Both the position numbers and the translations under genes were made by a program. A model generated the notes under the pieces. The model searched no databases and had not been told where the DNA came from. It saw nothing but the letters and a program-made list of their open reading frames with translations. From the NCBI GenBank assembly GCA_027491735.1, contig JAOZGP010000006.1, positions 32,001-96,000 of the forward strand: a stretch of DNA of 64,000 nucleotides. The letters run 5' to 3'. The DNA is from Thermoproteota archaeon. Lineage in GTDB: Archaea; Korarchaeota; Korarchaeia; Korarchaeales; Korarchaeaceae. Shown one piece after another: positions 34,478 to 44,948 of this stretch. How positions within the stretch are numbered: the first letter of the stretch is position 1; each line of letters begins with the position of its first letter.

Positions 34478-34977
34478 TCTTCTTCCTCCTTTTCGAGCAT
34501 AGCATCTGCAAACCTCTTCATCCAATTAAGAAGATTTATAGCTTCTCTTGTTAACTGCATCATCAATTGAACGTTCGCCTCATCACATATGAATTTAAGA
34601 GGATCCCTTCCCTTTGTAAGACCTCTCCCATTATTCGCTTTCTTAGCGAGCCAGTCCGAGATTTGGTAGAACAGATATGCGTAGGCTATTCGTTCAGCTT
34701 TATTTTCAAATGCTTTTTCTCCTCTCTCAAGCCTTTTTAGTTCTTCTCCAACCTTTGTGTATTCAGTCTCCCTTATCTTCATCTTTGAGAGATAAAACGC
34801 CAACGCATTCGGCAAACCATTGGTGAGGATTAGCACGGGCGCACTCTTAACGTATGAAGCATATTTTCTTTGAATTTCTTTTTTGTTCATGAAATCACTG
34901 ACCTCCTTAACCTTTGCAACCGCCTCGTATGCGAACTTGGCTCTATCCTGCTCAAGGCTTCTCATTTCCATCACCAA
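34474..34977 (-). CDS. cmr5: type III-B small subunit Cmr5
   Basis: Motifs RSLEQDRAKFAY, ILTNGL, WMKRFADAML. Confidence 0.93.
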   Translation of the reverse strand: MVMEMRSLEQDRAKFAYEAVAKVKEVSDFMNKKEIQRKYASYVKSAPVLILTNGLPNALAFYLSKMKIRETEYTKVGEELKRLERGEKAFENKAERIAYAYLFYQISDWLAKKANNGRGLTKGRDPLKFICDEANVQLMMQLTREAINLLNWMKRFADAMLEKEEEE

Positions 34978-35899
34978 ACCTTAGCTTAACGAAACCCTTT
35001 CCGACTGTTTCGTTTCCTCCAATTTGGATGAATTTGCTGTCAAATGCTCTTAGCCCCTGAATAACCCCATCAACAGTAGATAGCTCATCGATTTCTTTCC
35101 TCGGCTTTCCTACCGCTATGACTGAATACAGCAACGTGTCGGATGGTAAGTATTCCTCGTACCACAGAGCCCCGGGCTCAACAGTTCCCCTCTCAGTGTT
35201 TATTTTAACTCTTGCAAGTATCTCGGTAGCAGTCTGAACGAGATTAGAGAAGACATCATTCGGAATTATTACCACTCTGCTCTCATCGATTTCTATGGGA
35301 GAGATTTCTCCGATCACGCTCATAAGTTGTGAGAGATCCCTATTTTCTGCTTTCAAAACTACATCCTCTATTACCATGTTATTGTTATCTATGATTATCG
35401 AGGAGTTTTCGGATACCAAAGCTTTATCTACAATTGAACCGATGTTGTAATCAAGCTTCTTACCTATAAGCTCTAAATCTCCCTTCAGCTTATTCAAAAC
35501 TAATGGACAGGTTACATAAGCAAAAACTCCCTTCAAACTCCTAACCGGAAACAGCAGAACTTTGGCATCTCCGACGCTTATAGTCCCTGCATGCTCATGT
35601 GCTCGCTCTGTTGGAGGACCGAAAATAACGTTTGTTTTTGGCATTTCTTCTAATGCTTTTTCAAGCTCTTTCTTTTTATTATTGTCAGTCTCCTTTTCTA
35701 TTTGCTCTCTAATCTGTTTTTTCTCAAAATCTGCATAAGCTCTCCTCAAAACACCCTTCAAGCTCTGCCCCCAGATCACTGGAAAGCCCGTGTGCCTTTC
35801 CCTCTGAATCGGCAAATCTATAACGCTTAACTCCGCTCCACTTCCGGCATGCACTGGGGTTACGCTATACAAACCCAAAATCAGGGCTTTCTCAAACAT
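34952..35899 (-). CDS. cmr4: type III-B backbone RNase Cmr4
   Basis: Motifs PVHAGSG, IDLPIQRERHT (catalytic Asp present), LWYEEYLP, QIGGNETVGKG. Confidence 0.96.
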   Translation of the reverse strand: MFEKALILGLYSVTPVHAGSGAELSVIDLPIQRERHTGFPVIWGQSLKGVLRRAYADFEKKQIREQIEKETDNNKKKELEKALEEMPKTNVIFGPPTERAHEHAGTISVGDAKVLLFPVRSLKGVFAYVTCPLVLNKLKGDLELIGKKLDYNIGSIVDKALVSENSSIIIDNNNMVIEDVVLKAENRDLSQLMSVIGEISPIEIDESRVVIIPNDVFSNLVQTATEILARVKINTERGTVEPGALWYEEYLPSDTLLYSVIAVGKPRKEIDELSTVDGVIQGLRAFDSKFIQIGGNETVGKGFVKLRFGDGNEKP

Positions 35900-36236
35900 T
35901 GCTATCACCCTCAGCCTCGTCTAGCAATCTCTCAAAAATTGGTTTTATTTTCGGAGTATCCTTTTTGACTGTCAACCAAACCACCTCCAAATCCACACCA
36001 AAATAAGCACGGATTAACTTATCCCTCATTCCTGCGATAGCTTTCCACAGAATTTCGGGATGTTTCTCTTTCAGCTCCTTAGAGATGTTTTTAACTGCCT
36101 CACTGATTATTTCTAAAGCCCTAACAACTGCATATTGGGTTTTTACATCATTCAAGAATTCGTTAAAAGTCATACCTTTAACAAAGTCTTCAACCTTCTC
36201 AATAGCATCCATAACATAATTTCTGTCGCTCCTCAT
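35892..36236 (-). CDS. hepT: DUF86/HepT-like HEPN ribonuclease toxin, catalytic His replaced by Arg
   Basis: AVVRALEIISEA, W..IAGMRDKLIRAYFGVD; the family consensus is RxxxxH. Confidence 0.85.
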   Translation of the reverse strand: MRSDRNYVMDAIEKVEDFVKGMTFNEFLNDVKTQYAVVRALEIISEAVKNISKELKEKHPEILWKAIAGMRDKLIRAYFGVDLEVVWLTVKKDTPKIKPIFERLLDEAEGDSNV

Positions 36237-36252
36237 ATATAAACTACCTCTT

Positions 36253-36522
36253 TTAAGACGTTCTCTTTAATCCTTGTTTCAAAGTCTTCTTCATCACTAA
36301 ATCCACTTTAACACCCAAAATTTCTGTTAAATAGTTCTCAAGCTCTACGAATTCCAGCAGTGTAGGGGTTTCTTCAAACTCGACTAAGATGTCGATGTCG
36401 CTTCCCTCTCTCTGCTCTCCTCTCACATAAGAGCCGAATAAACCCATTTCCTTAACTTTAAATTTTTTTAATATCTCTTTGTGTTTGGCTAAAGTTTCTT
36501 TTATTTCCTCTAGGTTTTTCAT
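36253..36522 (-). CDS. mntA: minimal nucleotidyltransferase (MNT) antitoxin with C-terminal frameshift
   Basis: [19 protein letters not shown] (GSx10DxD), LGVKVDLV. Confidence 0.87.
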   Translation of the reverse strand: MKNLEEIKETLAKHKEILKKFKVKEMGLFGSYVRGEQREGSDIDILVEFEETPTLLEFVELENYLTEILGVKVDLVMKKTLKQGLKRTS

Positions 36523-37748
36523 TTCAACACCTCCAATTTGGGAAATCTGCACGCCCTCAAATCCTTCTCAAAGAACTTTCCGTATATCTTTTCAACATAA
36601 CCGAGCAGATATCTGTAAAACTTCTCTGCATTATCCCCTTTAGCCATGGCCACAAATCCATGTGCTAGTATCGATTTGTTTCTTTTCGTTAGCAGATCTC
36701 TCAGTTTTTCATCGTTTTTCATTTCGATTGCCAGATCTATGCCTAACTCAGAAAGTAACTCAAGTTTACTCATAACCCCCAATCTGAGCACAATCTTTCC
36801 ATCTTTAAATTCGGCAAATTTCTCAAACTTCCTTAAGATCTCTCTGCGTTTGCTGTCATCTTCTGATAGAACGATCGGATCGTCGTATCCTCTCTCTTTC
36901 AGCATTATCTGAGCTATAACCTCAGTTGCCCTGTAGAGTCTCGCAACCGCATCATCGTAAAGTCCTGTCTCTATCCTCCTTTTCGCATTTTCCATTAAAT
37001 CGAGAAGCTTCATTTTATAGTACTCGACCGTGGCCTTCTCCTTACTCTTAAGTCTTCCGAGAAATTCGATATTGGATTTTACGTGATTTTTATCGACCAA
37101 ATCTACCGACTTCCAGGATTCTTTCAGCATTTCGAAAGCCTTAAAATGGTTAAACCTATCCCAAAGTTCGTAAGCTTTTAAAAATTTTATCAGTTCATCC
37201 TTATAATCTAAAGCTCTAAGGTTTTGGGCTTCAAGTATTGCGGCATCGAAGTTATACACGTTGAACAGCTTTGCGATCTTTTCAATAGTTACCATATCTT
37301 TAAACTGATAAGGCTCGAAAATGGAAATTCTTTCAAGGCCTCTCCTAACGATTCCACCTTTTCTTTCCCCGGCGATACATATTAAGCGGGTGTTCACGAA
37401 TATGGCAGCTGAAGCCATTGCAGAACTCATCGTTTTCGTGCCATACGTGTAGTTGATGAAAAGATCTCGCTCTGAGTAATTCTTTAAAACTTCGAGCATA
37501 GTTCTAAAACATAAGTTAAAATCGTCGGGGTTGGAGATTTCTACCAATTTTGTATCTATATCGGTCTTCGATTTTATCAGATCGACCATTTCTTTCGTCT
37601 CTTTTGTGTAAAACAGAACGATCTTATCTGGCTTAATAGTTTTAACGATCTCATTTATGAAACCGTCGACCATTAATTCGAGAGTTTCTCTTCTTTCTTC
37701 TTCGGTTCTTCCTACGCCAGTTCCAGTCGTGGAAACTAAAACTCTCAT
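36519..37748 (-). CDS. CARF-HEPN cOA-activated ribonuclease (TIGR02710/Csm6-Csx1-like)
   Basis: N-terminal CARF ([16 protein letters not shown]), [11 protein letters not shown]-terminal [13 protein letters not shown] motif. Confidence 0.88.
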   Translation of the reverse strand: MRVLVSTTGTGVGRTEEERRETLELMVDGFINEIVKTIKPDKIVLFYTKETKEMVDLIKSKTDIDTKLVEISNPDDFNLCFRTMLEVLKNYSERDLFINYTYGTKTMSSAMASAAIFVNTRLICIAGERKGGIVRRGLERISIFEPYQFKDMVTIEKIAKLFNVYNFDAAILEAQNLRALDYKDELIKFLKAYELWDRFNHFKAFEMLKESWKSVDLVDKNHVKSNIEFLGRLKSKEKATVEYYKMKLLDLMENAKRRIETGLYDDAVARLYRATEVIAQIMLKERGYDDPIVLSEDDSKRREILRKFEKFAEFKDGKIVLRLGVMSKLELLSELGIDLAIEMKNDEKLRDLLTKRNKSILAHGFVAMAKGDNAEKFYRYLLGYVEKIYGKFFEKDLRACRFPKLEVLK

Positions 37749-37750
37749 TT

Positions 37751-38794
37751 CTAAACCCCCAAGAAGCACAAACCGTAACCCAACCTCGTAAGTTCCCCGA
37801 TCTTTAGATATGGCTGATCGAGATAAATCTCTCCATCGAATTCAACGAAGTAAATGGAACCGGGAGGAATTGCGTATCTCGTCGGCTTTGGTTTATTTTC
37901 TGCATAATCCCAGCCGCTGAAGGTTAGAGGCTTTCCTATAAGTGGATAAATCGCCTTTATTCCTATTTTCAGCCTATCTTTGAGTTTATGCTCGATATCC
38001 CACATGCACTTATTCAATCTCTTAACAAGCGTGGGAGTTGCAACGTAGAGCTTAAATCTTCCACTTTCGTTTATATTTTCCAAAATTTCATCCCAAGCGT
38101 TCCTTAACTTCTCTATTGGATCTGAATTTTCGATTTCAATTCTTGCGAATCTGCTCTCCCCTCCAAGCCTTATCAGCCCATTTCTTAAATACTTCTTAAC
38201 ATTATCAGCCCCTTCACCAATCCATACGGAAATTTCAGCATTACCCCTAAGCCTGAGAAATCCCGCTTTATAGAAGAAATGCTCCTCCGTAACCTTCGCA
38301 TCGCTCAACTTTATTCCCACCCTGCTCTCTTTAACGAACATATCGTCTCTGATTATTTCTTCGAGCTCTTCCTCCTCAATCTCTCCTTTGAGATAGTCCA
38401 CGATGTTTTTGTAGCTAACAAAACCTCCAACGCTCTCGAAGTGTATGTGCTTGCCTTTGAACACGAACTGGCCATTTTGTAGCTGTAAAGGTTCAACAAG
38501 GAAGTATCCCTCTACACCTTTCGTCTTTACTATGTCGAGCGGTGTGGAGAAATATTCTTGCCCGTCGTAAAGAAAGCTACCTAATACCTGGAACTCGGGT
38601 TCGTCTTGCTTGTAACCTACCAATTTTTTAGCTTCATCGGAGAAACCCGAGCTGAAAAGTACTGCGCTCCTCAAAGCCCCCGCCACCGCTTGAGGTAAAG
38701 GCAGGGTGCTTCTCGCTAAATGTGACTCTCCAGCCGTAAAGGATTTCGATTCCCTAAACATCAGAACGTCGTTAGGCTTCAGCAATATTCTCAT
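37751..38794 (-). CDS. cmr3: type III-B Cmr3
   Basis: Motifs PNDVLMFRE, LGGESR, SGWD, PPGSIYF, GYG. Confidence 0.94.
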   Translation of the reverse strand: MRILLKPNDVLMFRESKSFTAGESHLARSTLPLPQAVAGALRSAVLFSSGFSDEAKKLVGYKQDEPEFQVLGSFLYDGQEYFSTPLDIVKTKGVEGYFLVEPLQLQNGQFVFKGKHIHFESVGGFVSYKNIVDYLKGEIEEEELEEIIRDDMFVKESRVGIKLSDAKVTEEHFFYKAGFLRLRGNAEISVWIGEGADNVKKYLRNGLIRLGGESRFARIEIENSDPIEKLRNAWDEILENINESGRFKLYVATPTLVKRLNKCMWDIEHKLKDRLKIGIKAIYPLIGKPLTFSGWDYAENKPKPTRYAIPPGSIYFVEFDGEIYLDQPYLKIGELTRLGYGLCFLGV

Positions 38795-38799
38795 GCTAA

Positions 38800-41700
38800 T
38801 CACCCGTAACAATCTCTAAGGATTTTGAGCAGGATAAACAACCCCCTAACTTGCTTCCTCAAAATTAGACCGTATAATTCCCCTCCTTTATTGCAATCGA
38901 GTTTGAACAATTCCGAAAGCCCGTCCACTGAAAGCTCATTTTTAGAAATCAGCTTGTTAATCTCTTCATTCAAACGGTTTAGCTTGACCTTGGACAGATC
39001 GATCAGACCTTCGAGATCGTTCGAACTCAGCGAAATTCTTACTCCTTTCGCGAGCTTTAGGATTTTTTCGGACAAATCTTCAGCTTTCTTTTTCTTGTTT
39101 TCTCCCTCGTAATGTCTTAACAGTTCAAACTTGAGGTAGGCTTTGATTGCGTTTTCATCTCTTGGTAGATTTTCAATGTTCTCAATAACATCGTAGATAA
39201 ATCTTCCCGAAATCCTCGGCCTTTCTTCGCTTAAAATCAATTCCACGATTTCTTCAAGCTCCGGAATTATATTCCAGTTAAAAACTACTTCGTAATAGCT
39301 ACCGCCTCTCGTTAGGTAGCCTACGGCTACAGCATTCCTACCCATTCCTTTTGCCTTTCTTTCGAGCTCCCTAACCCTATCCAACGCATCGTATAGCGGA
39401 TGCTTGTAGTGGACGATTAGGATTCCAGCGCTCATCGTCTTAGCGGGCAAAACGTTCCAGCCATCCCAATTATCGTTAAACTTCTTCTGAATTTCATTTG
39501 CACAAATCAAAGCTGAATCTATAGGCAGTAAGGCTAAAACGTCGTCTCCTCCTGCATAAATTAGCTCACCCCTATGATTTTTCACGATATCGGGAACTAT
39601 GTTTATCGAGAAATGTGCGAGAGCTCTGCTTATTGCCGAGTGGGTTGCCGGCGTAATTAGCCTGTTCACTTTTCTGATTTTTTCTCTGAGTTTGTCAGGA
39701 AGTTGATCTACAACATTGGGATGCAGATAACAGTCAACTGTTCCCATCTCATCTCCAATCAGCATTCTGCCCATGTTATCTCCGTCCATCATCAGGATTG
39801 CGTAGTATTTTTCTGGCTCACCATGTTCATCGTGTAGCTCTTTTACTATCCTCTTTGGTTCTTCAAGATCAATCTCGGAAACATCTATTCCAAAGTTCTC
39901 CTTTATATATTTTGCATTCCAATTCTCAATGTAAAGTAATTCAGGATTAACAAGATTGTTATCTCTTATGAGATATTTCAGCTTATTATGTCTTTTAAGA
40001 GTATTCACAAGCTTATTATAAAATTCTGATTCTTTGGCAAGTTTTAACCATTCGTTTTTCCTTAAAGCAACCTCTGAAACTGATTCGAACCCAGCCTCTA
40101 TATCCCAATCTTTCTTTTCTTTGAACCACTCATGATAGAACCTCTTAGCCAAACAAACCGGACAGAGGTGTTCATTACTCTTGAACATCAACGGATTTTT
40201 GCTAGCTATTTCTAACCACAGAGCTTTCATTAGTGCGTAGTTTTTACCTCCAATTGCCTCGATTTCTCCGCAAAGAGAACACTTGTAGGCGTTAGAGCCT
40301 TCAAGTTTCTCGAATTTTCTCGACTCTATTGCAATGATTTCCTCCAAAAGTTCGAACATCAGAGAATATAAGTCAAATATTCTTGCTGGATAGGCTCCAA
40401 AAGACCTCAGCAAATCCAGCCAGTCGAGGTACTTCTTCTCAACATTCTCAGGTAATCCGAGATTTTTAACGTAGCTCTCTAGCTTTTCGTAACTCTTTCT
40501 TATTCTTTCTCTCCAATCTTTCGCTTCGACCTCAAGTTCCTTTTTAGTGAAGGGAACTCTAAATATCTCAAGAGTTATATCGAAGTAATTTTCGATTAAG
40601 TTGCGGTAGTAATTTTTCAAAGTCTCGAGATTTTTCAGCTCCTCTAAGACCTTTTCGTATTTTTCATTTTCCTTGGATTTTTCCTTCAGCTCAATCAATT
40701 GGCTCTCAACATTTTTCAAGATTTCATCAATCGTTCTTTCCCAAGCGTAATCGAATAGTTCGATAATTTCATTTAAAACGGCGTTCTTAACTTTATTTCT
40801 GAGATCGTTCAAATCATCATCTACGCCGATTATCGCCAAGAACTTGTTCGGGATGTTCGCAATTTTCAATTTTTTATTCAAATTTTTCACTTTAACGGCT
40901 TCCGGCACATCTTTGAATTTGTCTTCGAACTCTTTATCGAAAAACGGCTGACCTCTGAGATGTGGAAATATTACGGCATCCGGCCCATACTCTTCAATTA
41001 TAGCTTTAATAGCTTGAAAAGTCAGATAGCTCAGCATGTGACTTCCAGCCCATAAATCTCTCTCCTTTCTCGCATTCTTTATGAAGTTTTGGACAGGCGT
41101 TAGCTTAAACATCAGTAAAGCCTGCTCATTCTTATTAATGGCTCCAAAGATGGCGGAAGTTGCATCTGCATGGTCGAATAGCGTATGATCCGGACTTAAC
41201 GTGTATGCAGTTAGGTTTAACACATCTTCAGCGATTCTTTCGCAGATTTCGTCGGATTCACAGAGTTCTTTTAATTTTTCAATCAACTTGATCTTCAAAA
41301 GCTCGGGATAAAACCTCCAGATTACGAAATACCTGTCCTTATCGTCGGCAGTAATTGAGATCAATTCGTTAAAGGTCTCTTTTTCCGCTTCAAGAATGAT
41401 CTTCAATATCCTTTCAAATTCACGTTGATATTCTTCGGATTTTTCGTCCTTTGGCAGTATATCTTTTAAATACTCATACTCCTTAATTTCGCTAGTTATC
41501 GGGTGTCTAAATACTGGTTCTCCAACAAAGATAAAATCTTCTCCGTGAATTCTGTAAAAAGTGGATGAGAGCCTTTTGCCGTTTATTATTTCAAGATCAA
41601 TTCTTTGAAGCGAGGATGCAGTTTGATCGGCTAAATGTATGTCAGGTATGCTTGGTAGTTCTCCGTAAACGTGATATAATTTTTTACTTTCATCATAAAA

Positions 41701-41898
41701 ATATTTTTTAGCTTTTTCGACGTACTTTCTCCAATTCTTTAGTTCCTTTTTTATGTTGGCATCCTTGGGAATTGGAGGATCAGAATAAAAGCTAAAATTG
41801 CCCAGTAACTCCATTCTGCGTTCCACATGATCTTGTATTCTAATGACTTTGTCGGGAGGGTCGTGGAGAAAGGCTTTAATCTTATCGCTCCAATTCAT
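38800..41898 (-). CDS. cas10: Cas10/Cmr2 large subunit
   Basis: Motifs LHDPPDK, RKERDLWAGSH, CSLCGE...CPVC, MDGDNMG, intact YAGGDD palm. Confidence 0.97.
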   Translation of the reverse strand: MNWSDKIKAFLHDPPDKVIRIQDHVERRMELLGNFSFYSDPPIPKDANIKKELKNWRKYVEKAKKYFYDESKKLYHVYGELPSIPDIHLADQTASSLQRIDLEIINGKRLSSTFYRIHGEDFIFVGEPVFRHPITSEIKEYEYLKDILPKDEKSEEYQREFERILKIILEAEKETFNELISITADDKDRYFVIWRFYPELLKIKLIEKLKELCESDEICERIAEDVLNLTAYTLSPDHTLFDHADATSAIFGAINKNEQALLMFKLTPVQNFIKNARKERDLWAGSHMLSYLTFQAIKAIIEEYGPDAVIFPHLRGQPFFDKEFEDKFKDVPEAVKVKNLNKKLKIANIPNKFLAIIGVDDDLNDLRNKVKNAVLNEIIELFDYAWERTIDEILKNVESQLIELKEKSKENEKYEKVLEELKNLETLKNYYRNLIENYFDITLEIFRVPFTKKELEVEAKDWRERIRKSYEKLESYVKNLGLPENVEKKYLDWLDLLRSFGAYPARIFDLYSLMFELLEEIIAIESRKFEKLEGSNAYKCSLCGEIEAIGGKNYALMKALWLEIASKNPLMFKSNEHLCPVCLAKRFYHEWFKEKKDWDIEAGFESVSEVALRKNEWLKLAKESEFYNKLVNTLKRHNKLKYLIRDNNLVNPELLYIENWNAKYIKENFGIDVSEIDLEEPKRIVKELHDEHGEPEKYYAILMMDGDNMGRMLIGDEMGTVDCYLHPNVVDQLPDKLREKIRKVNRLITPATHSAISRALAHFSINIVPDIVKNHRGELIYAGGDDVLALLPIDSALICANEIQKKFNDNWDGWNVLPAKTMSAGILIVHYKHPLYDALDRVRELERKAKGMGRNAVAVGYLTRGGSYYEVVFNWNIIPELEEIVELILSEERPRISGRFIYDVIENIENLPRDENAIKAYLKFELLRHYEGENKKKKAEDLSEKILKLAKGVRISLSSNDLEGLIDLSKVKLNRLNEEINKLISKNELSVDGLSELFKLDCNKGGELYGLILRKQVRGLFILLKILRDCYG

Positions 41899-42965
41899 GA
41901 AAACACCTCCAATTTTCCAAATACGATTGAATCCCTGAGATTTTCATTGAATTTCCCGATAATCGACCAAACGACTAATTCATCGATATCGGAATCTGGA
42001 TAAAACGGTTTAGTTTTGAACTTCACTATTTTAACGAAGAGTTCATTACTAATAGGAATCAAGCCAACTATCACAGGACTCGCCCTCCTTTCACTTCTAA
42101 TCTTCGGCAATCTATTTCGAATACTTTCTACACCCTTACCACCCAAGTTTATTGGTAAGCCAAAAACGATTCTTTCGGGTTTATCTATTTCGTTCCGTCT
42201 GAACTTTAGATATTCCCGCTGGAATTGAACCAAAGCTTGAATTGGGTCTCCTCTTTTTGGATCCCATAGGGTCACTACAGAAGTGTTCGGACTTAAAACG
42301 GGATAGCTAACATTGCTTACGTTGAGCTTGGATTTATTAAGAGTCTGCCCGACTAATTCTACTGCTCGCTCTATGGAATCTTTCAGCTCACCACGATTTT
42401 TAAATTCAGTTTTGAGATCAAGATCGTCAAGCACTTCCAAATCCCCACCGCAAAATCTAATGCTTCCAGCACCTCTACGAGATCTGAACCCAATACTGCC
42501 TAAGGTTACGAGGGTCCAAAACGAGGCTAAGCCAATCCTAAACGATTTCTCATCTAAAGCTTCGATTTTCAGGTGGAACTTCGTTCCCGCTGGATAATAT
42601 TCATCAAACTGATTTTTCCTTGCAAGCAAGTTCACAGAAAACCAAATGTATCTAAGCTGATTGGAGGGAGATCTTTTATCTATTACCCCCTTTTTAAATA
42701 ACACTCTTCTCTTTTCACCAACAATCTTGGAAATTTCAACGATCACCCTACTCCTCTGCTTTGTGCTTCCGAAGACAAACTCTTCGGCTCTTCTCAATCC
42801 AACAACATCATTGCCGAAGTAATTTCCAGCTAAAGCCCTGAACCACCATCTCATCAAGCCCTTTACAGATGATGCTCTGATCTCAGCTTTAGTCTGATCA
42901 GCACCCCTCATGAAAATAGGAGTTATTGCTTCAAGCTCGAATTCAGCCTTGAACATTTTAAACAC
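41895..42965 (-). CDS. cmr1: type III-B RAMP Cmr1
   Basis: Motifs ITPIFMRGA, SVKGLMRWWFRA, GSIGFRSRRGAGS, FGLPI, RRASP. Confidence 0.95.
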   Translation of the reverse strand: MFKMFKAEFELEAITPIFMRGADQTKAEIRASSVKGLMRWWFRALAGNYFGNDVVGLRRAEEFVFGSTKQRSRVIVEISKIVGEKRRVLFKKGVIDKRSPSNQLRYIWFSVNLLARKNQFDEYYPAGTKFHLKIEALDEKSFRIGLASFWTLVTLGSIGFRSRRGAGSIRFCGGDLEVLDDLDLKTEFKNRGELKDSIERAVELVGQTLNKSKLNVSNVSYPVLSPNTSVVTLWDPKRGDPIQALVQFQREYLKFRRNEIDKPERIVFGLPINLGGKGVESIRNRLPKIRSERRASPVIVGLIPISNELFVKIVKFKTKPFYPDSDIDELVVWSIIGKFNENLRDSIVFGKLEVFS

Positions 42966-44163
42966 CTTTAAACATTTTAATAACCCTCATATATTCTTTA
43001 CTCCTTCTTTTCTCGTTTGGTTTTGTGCTGTTTTCAAGCTTTCTGTATGCGTTGTTAATCTCCCTCAAAAACTCGTACCAACCATCAGCATTACCAAGCA
43101 CGACGAAGCGGTAAAGTCCATGGATAGCTTTTATGATGTTGCTCGCTTCATCGTATCTATCCACGTTTTTCAAAGCATCGAAAATAACCCCATCCGGCTT
43201 CAGAATCTCCGACAGATTCTTTAAGAACATCTCGGGATCTCTGAAGTGATTTCTAACGATTTCGTAGAACTCCTGATGTTCTCTATAGATCGTTATCGGT
43301 ATCTGTTCATAGACCTTATAGGTTTGCCCTTCAGGTGCAATCTTGAAAAGAATCGTCGAAATCTTGTCTAAATTCTCCTTTTCCATAAGCCTTCTGATTT
43401 CAACGTTCAAATACACCTCAAGCAAAATCATCTCGTTCAGTGTCGTTTTACTCAGCACTTCGTTCAAAATTTTTATTGTTCCGTTCTTCGTTCTGAACAA
43501 TTTCTTAATAAGTTCTTTGTCTTCAATGTTATTCAGCATGCTCTCTATTTCCTCAGGAGAGAAAGTCAGGAAGAAATAGTATTGCTGGTTATGCTGTCTT
43601 GCGGAAGTTACGAAAGAGGAGTATAAGCCAAGCAGGAAGATTAGCAGTATCTCCTTGGACGTGTAAATCGTTATCTGCTGTGACGTGTAACCGCTTTCCA
43701 GCGAGGATATGCCCGTATATCTGTCAACTTTAAAAAGCTGAGGAGCAGCAATCGGTTTCTTTTTTCCATTTGCATCAAACATCTCTTTCTCATCGACAAT
43801 CATATCCTTTCTTTTGAACTCAATTCCCAGCTTTATCGTGTCTTTCGTAACTATCAGCTGATCTGCATTCGGTTTGAGTTTGGAGATTAGATCGTAGTAA
43901 GTCTTTTTACTTTTTTCCGAAATTTTATATGCTTCGAAAATCGTAGCGTTGATGGTATCATTTCCTGACATTACAACTCTCAGGTTGTTCACTCCCTCAT
44001 CTTCGAGATTCTTCATCGCGGTTGCGAGGAAGTCGTTCGGTAAATCTATTGAATGACCGTCAAACCTCGCTTGAGAAAACTGGGTTGAAAAGAGCAAACC
44101 TTCATACAAGATGTTACTGAGAAAGGAGAGGTCTCTCGGCAAAGTTAAGATCACCTTGACCAT
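42958..44163 (-). CDS. cas8a: type I-A large subunit Cas8a
   Basis: 401 aa, directly downstream of cas5 in the csa5-cas7-cas5 string; PQLFKVDRYTG-like motif. Assignment rests largely on context. Confidence 0.72.
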   Translation of the reverse strand: MVKVILTLPRDLSFLSNILYEGLLFSTQFSQARFDGHSIDLPNDFLATAMKNLEDEGVNNLRVVMSGNDTINATIFEAYKISEKSKKTYYDLISKLKPNADQLIVTKDTIKLGIEFKRKDMIVDEKEMFDANGKKKPIAAPQLFKVDRYTGISSLESGYTSQQITIYTSKEILLIFLLGLYSSFVTSARQHNQQYYFFLTFSPEEIESMLNNIEDKELIKKLFRTKNGTIKILNEVLSKTTLNEMILLEVYLNVEIRRLMEKENLDKISTILFKIAPEGQTYKVYEQIPITIYREHQEFYEIVRNHFRDPEMFLKNLSEILKPDGVIFDALKNVDRYDEASNIIKAIHGLYRFVVLGNADGWYEFLREINNAYRKLENSTKPNEKRRSKEYMRVIKMFKGV

Positions 44164-44948
44164 CCGACCACCACCTCTCCATCGAATTTGTAGGCAACTT
44201 TTGTCTCAATCCAACAATGATATTCTTCCTTACTTATGTTCAAAATCGGAACTTTGAAAGGTAGCAGATTCTTTCCTTCGATGTAATCCTTTACGGGATC
44301 GCTAAAGTTGAAAGGATTTATGTAAACTTCATACACCCAATTTCTCGATGTTTCCTCTTTGATAATTTCAACGTTGCTCGCTGGAAAGCTGTAAGTCGTT
44401 TTTATCTTACCATCAATCTTTTTCGGTTCAAACGATTCAACCTCTGTAACTGAAGTTATGCTTTCCTTAGATCCGAGCCTGTGAATCTTCCAGAAAATAT
44501 CATCCTCTATTTCTATTCTCTTTCCGTTAAATTCGATGTTATCATCTTTGAACACCAAAAACCACCTGAGCTTTGGAGAATCCTGAAAGCTTGCCAGTAT
44601 GGTTTTACCTCTCGCCGGAGAATCGAAAGATTTGGCAAGATTTATCGGATTCGGATAGAGCACTCCAGAAGTTATCTTTACGGCTATAATTCTGTTCAGA
44701 TCCTCATACTTTATCGGTTTGCAGTTAACTGGCTTAACTCCTATTGCCAGCAGATTCTCGCTCAGCTTTGCGATGATCTTCCTACCTTCCTCTTCTCCTG
44801 TTTTCTTCTCCTTAGCAATGACTTCAGCTAAAGCACCCAAAAAAGTCGTTGGTGGAGGATAGTAAAAGGATGGAGAAGTCTTTGACAATCCAACTATTCT
44901 CGCCTGAAATCCCCAAACGAATTCTGTATCGACTATAAAGCCGATCAT
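44151..44948 (-). CDS. cas5: type I-A Cas5
   Basis: Motifs WGFQARIVGLSK, YPPPTTFLGALA, RLGSKES. Confidence 0.93.
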   Translation of the reverse strand: MIGFIVDTEFVWGFQARIVGLSKTSPSFYYPPPTTFLGALAEVIAKEKKTGEEEGRKIIAKLSENLLAIGVKPVNCKPIKYEDLNRIIAVKITSGVLYPNPINLAKSFDSPARGKTILASFQDSPKLRWFLVFKDDNIEFNGKRIEIEDDIFWKIHRLGSKESITSVTEVESFEPKKIDGKIKTTYSFPASNVEIIKEETSRNWVYEVYINPFNFSDPVKDYIEGKNLLPFKVPILNISKEEYHCWIETKVAYKFDGEVVVGWSR

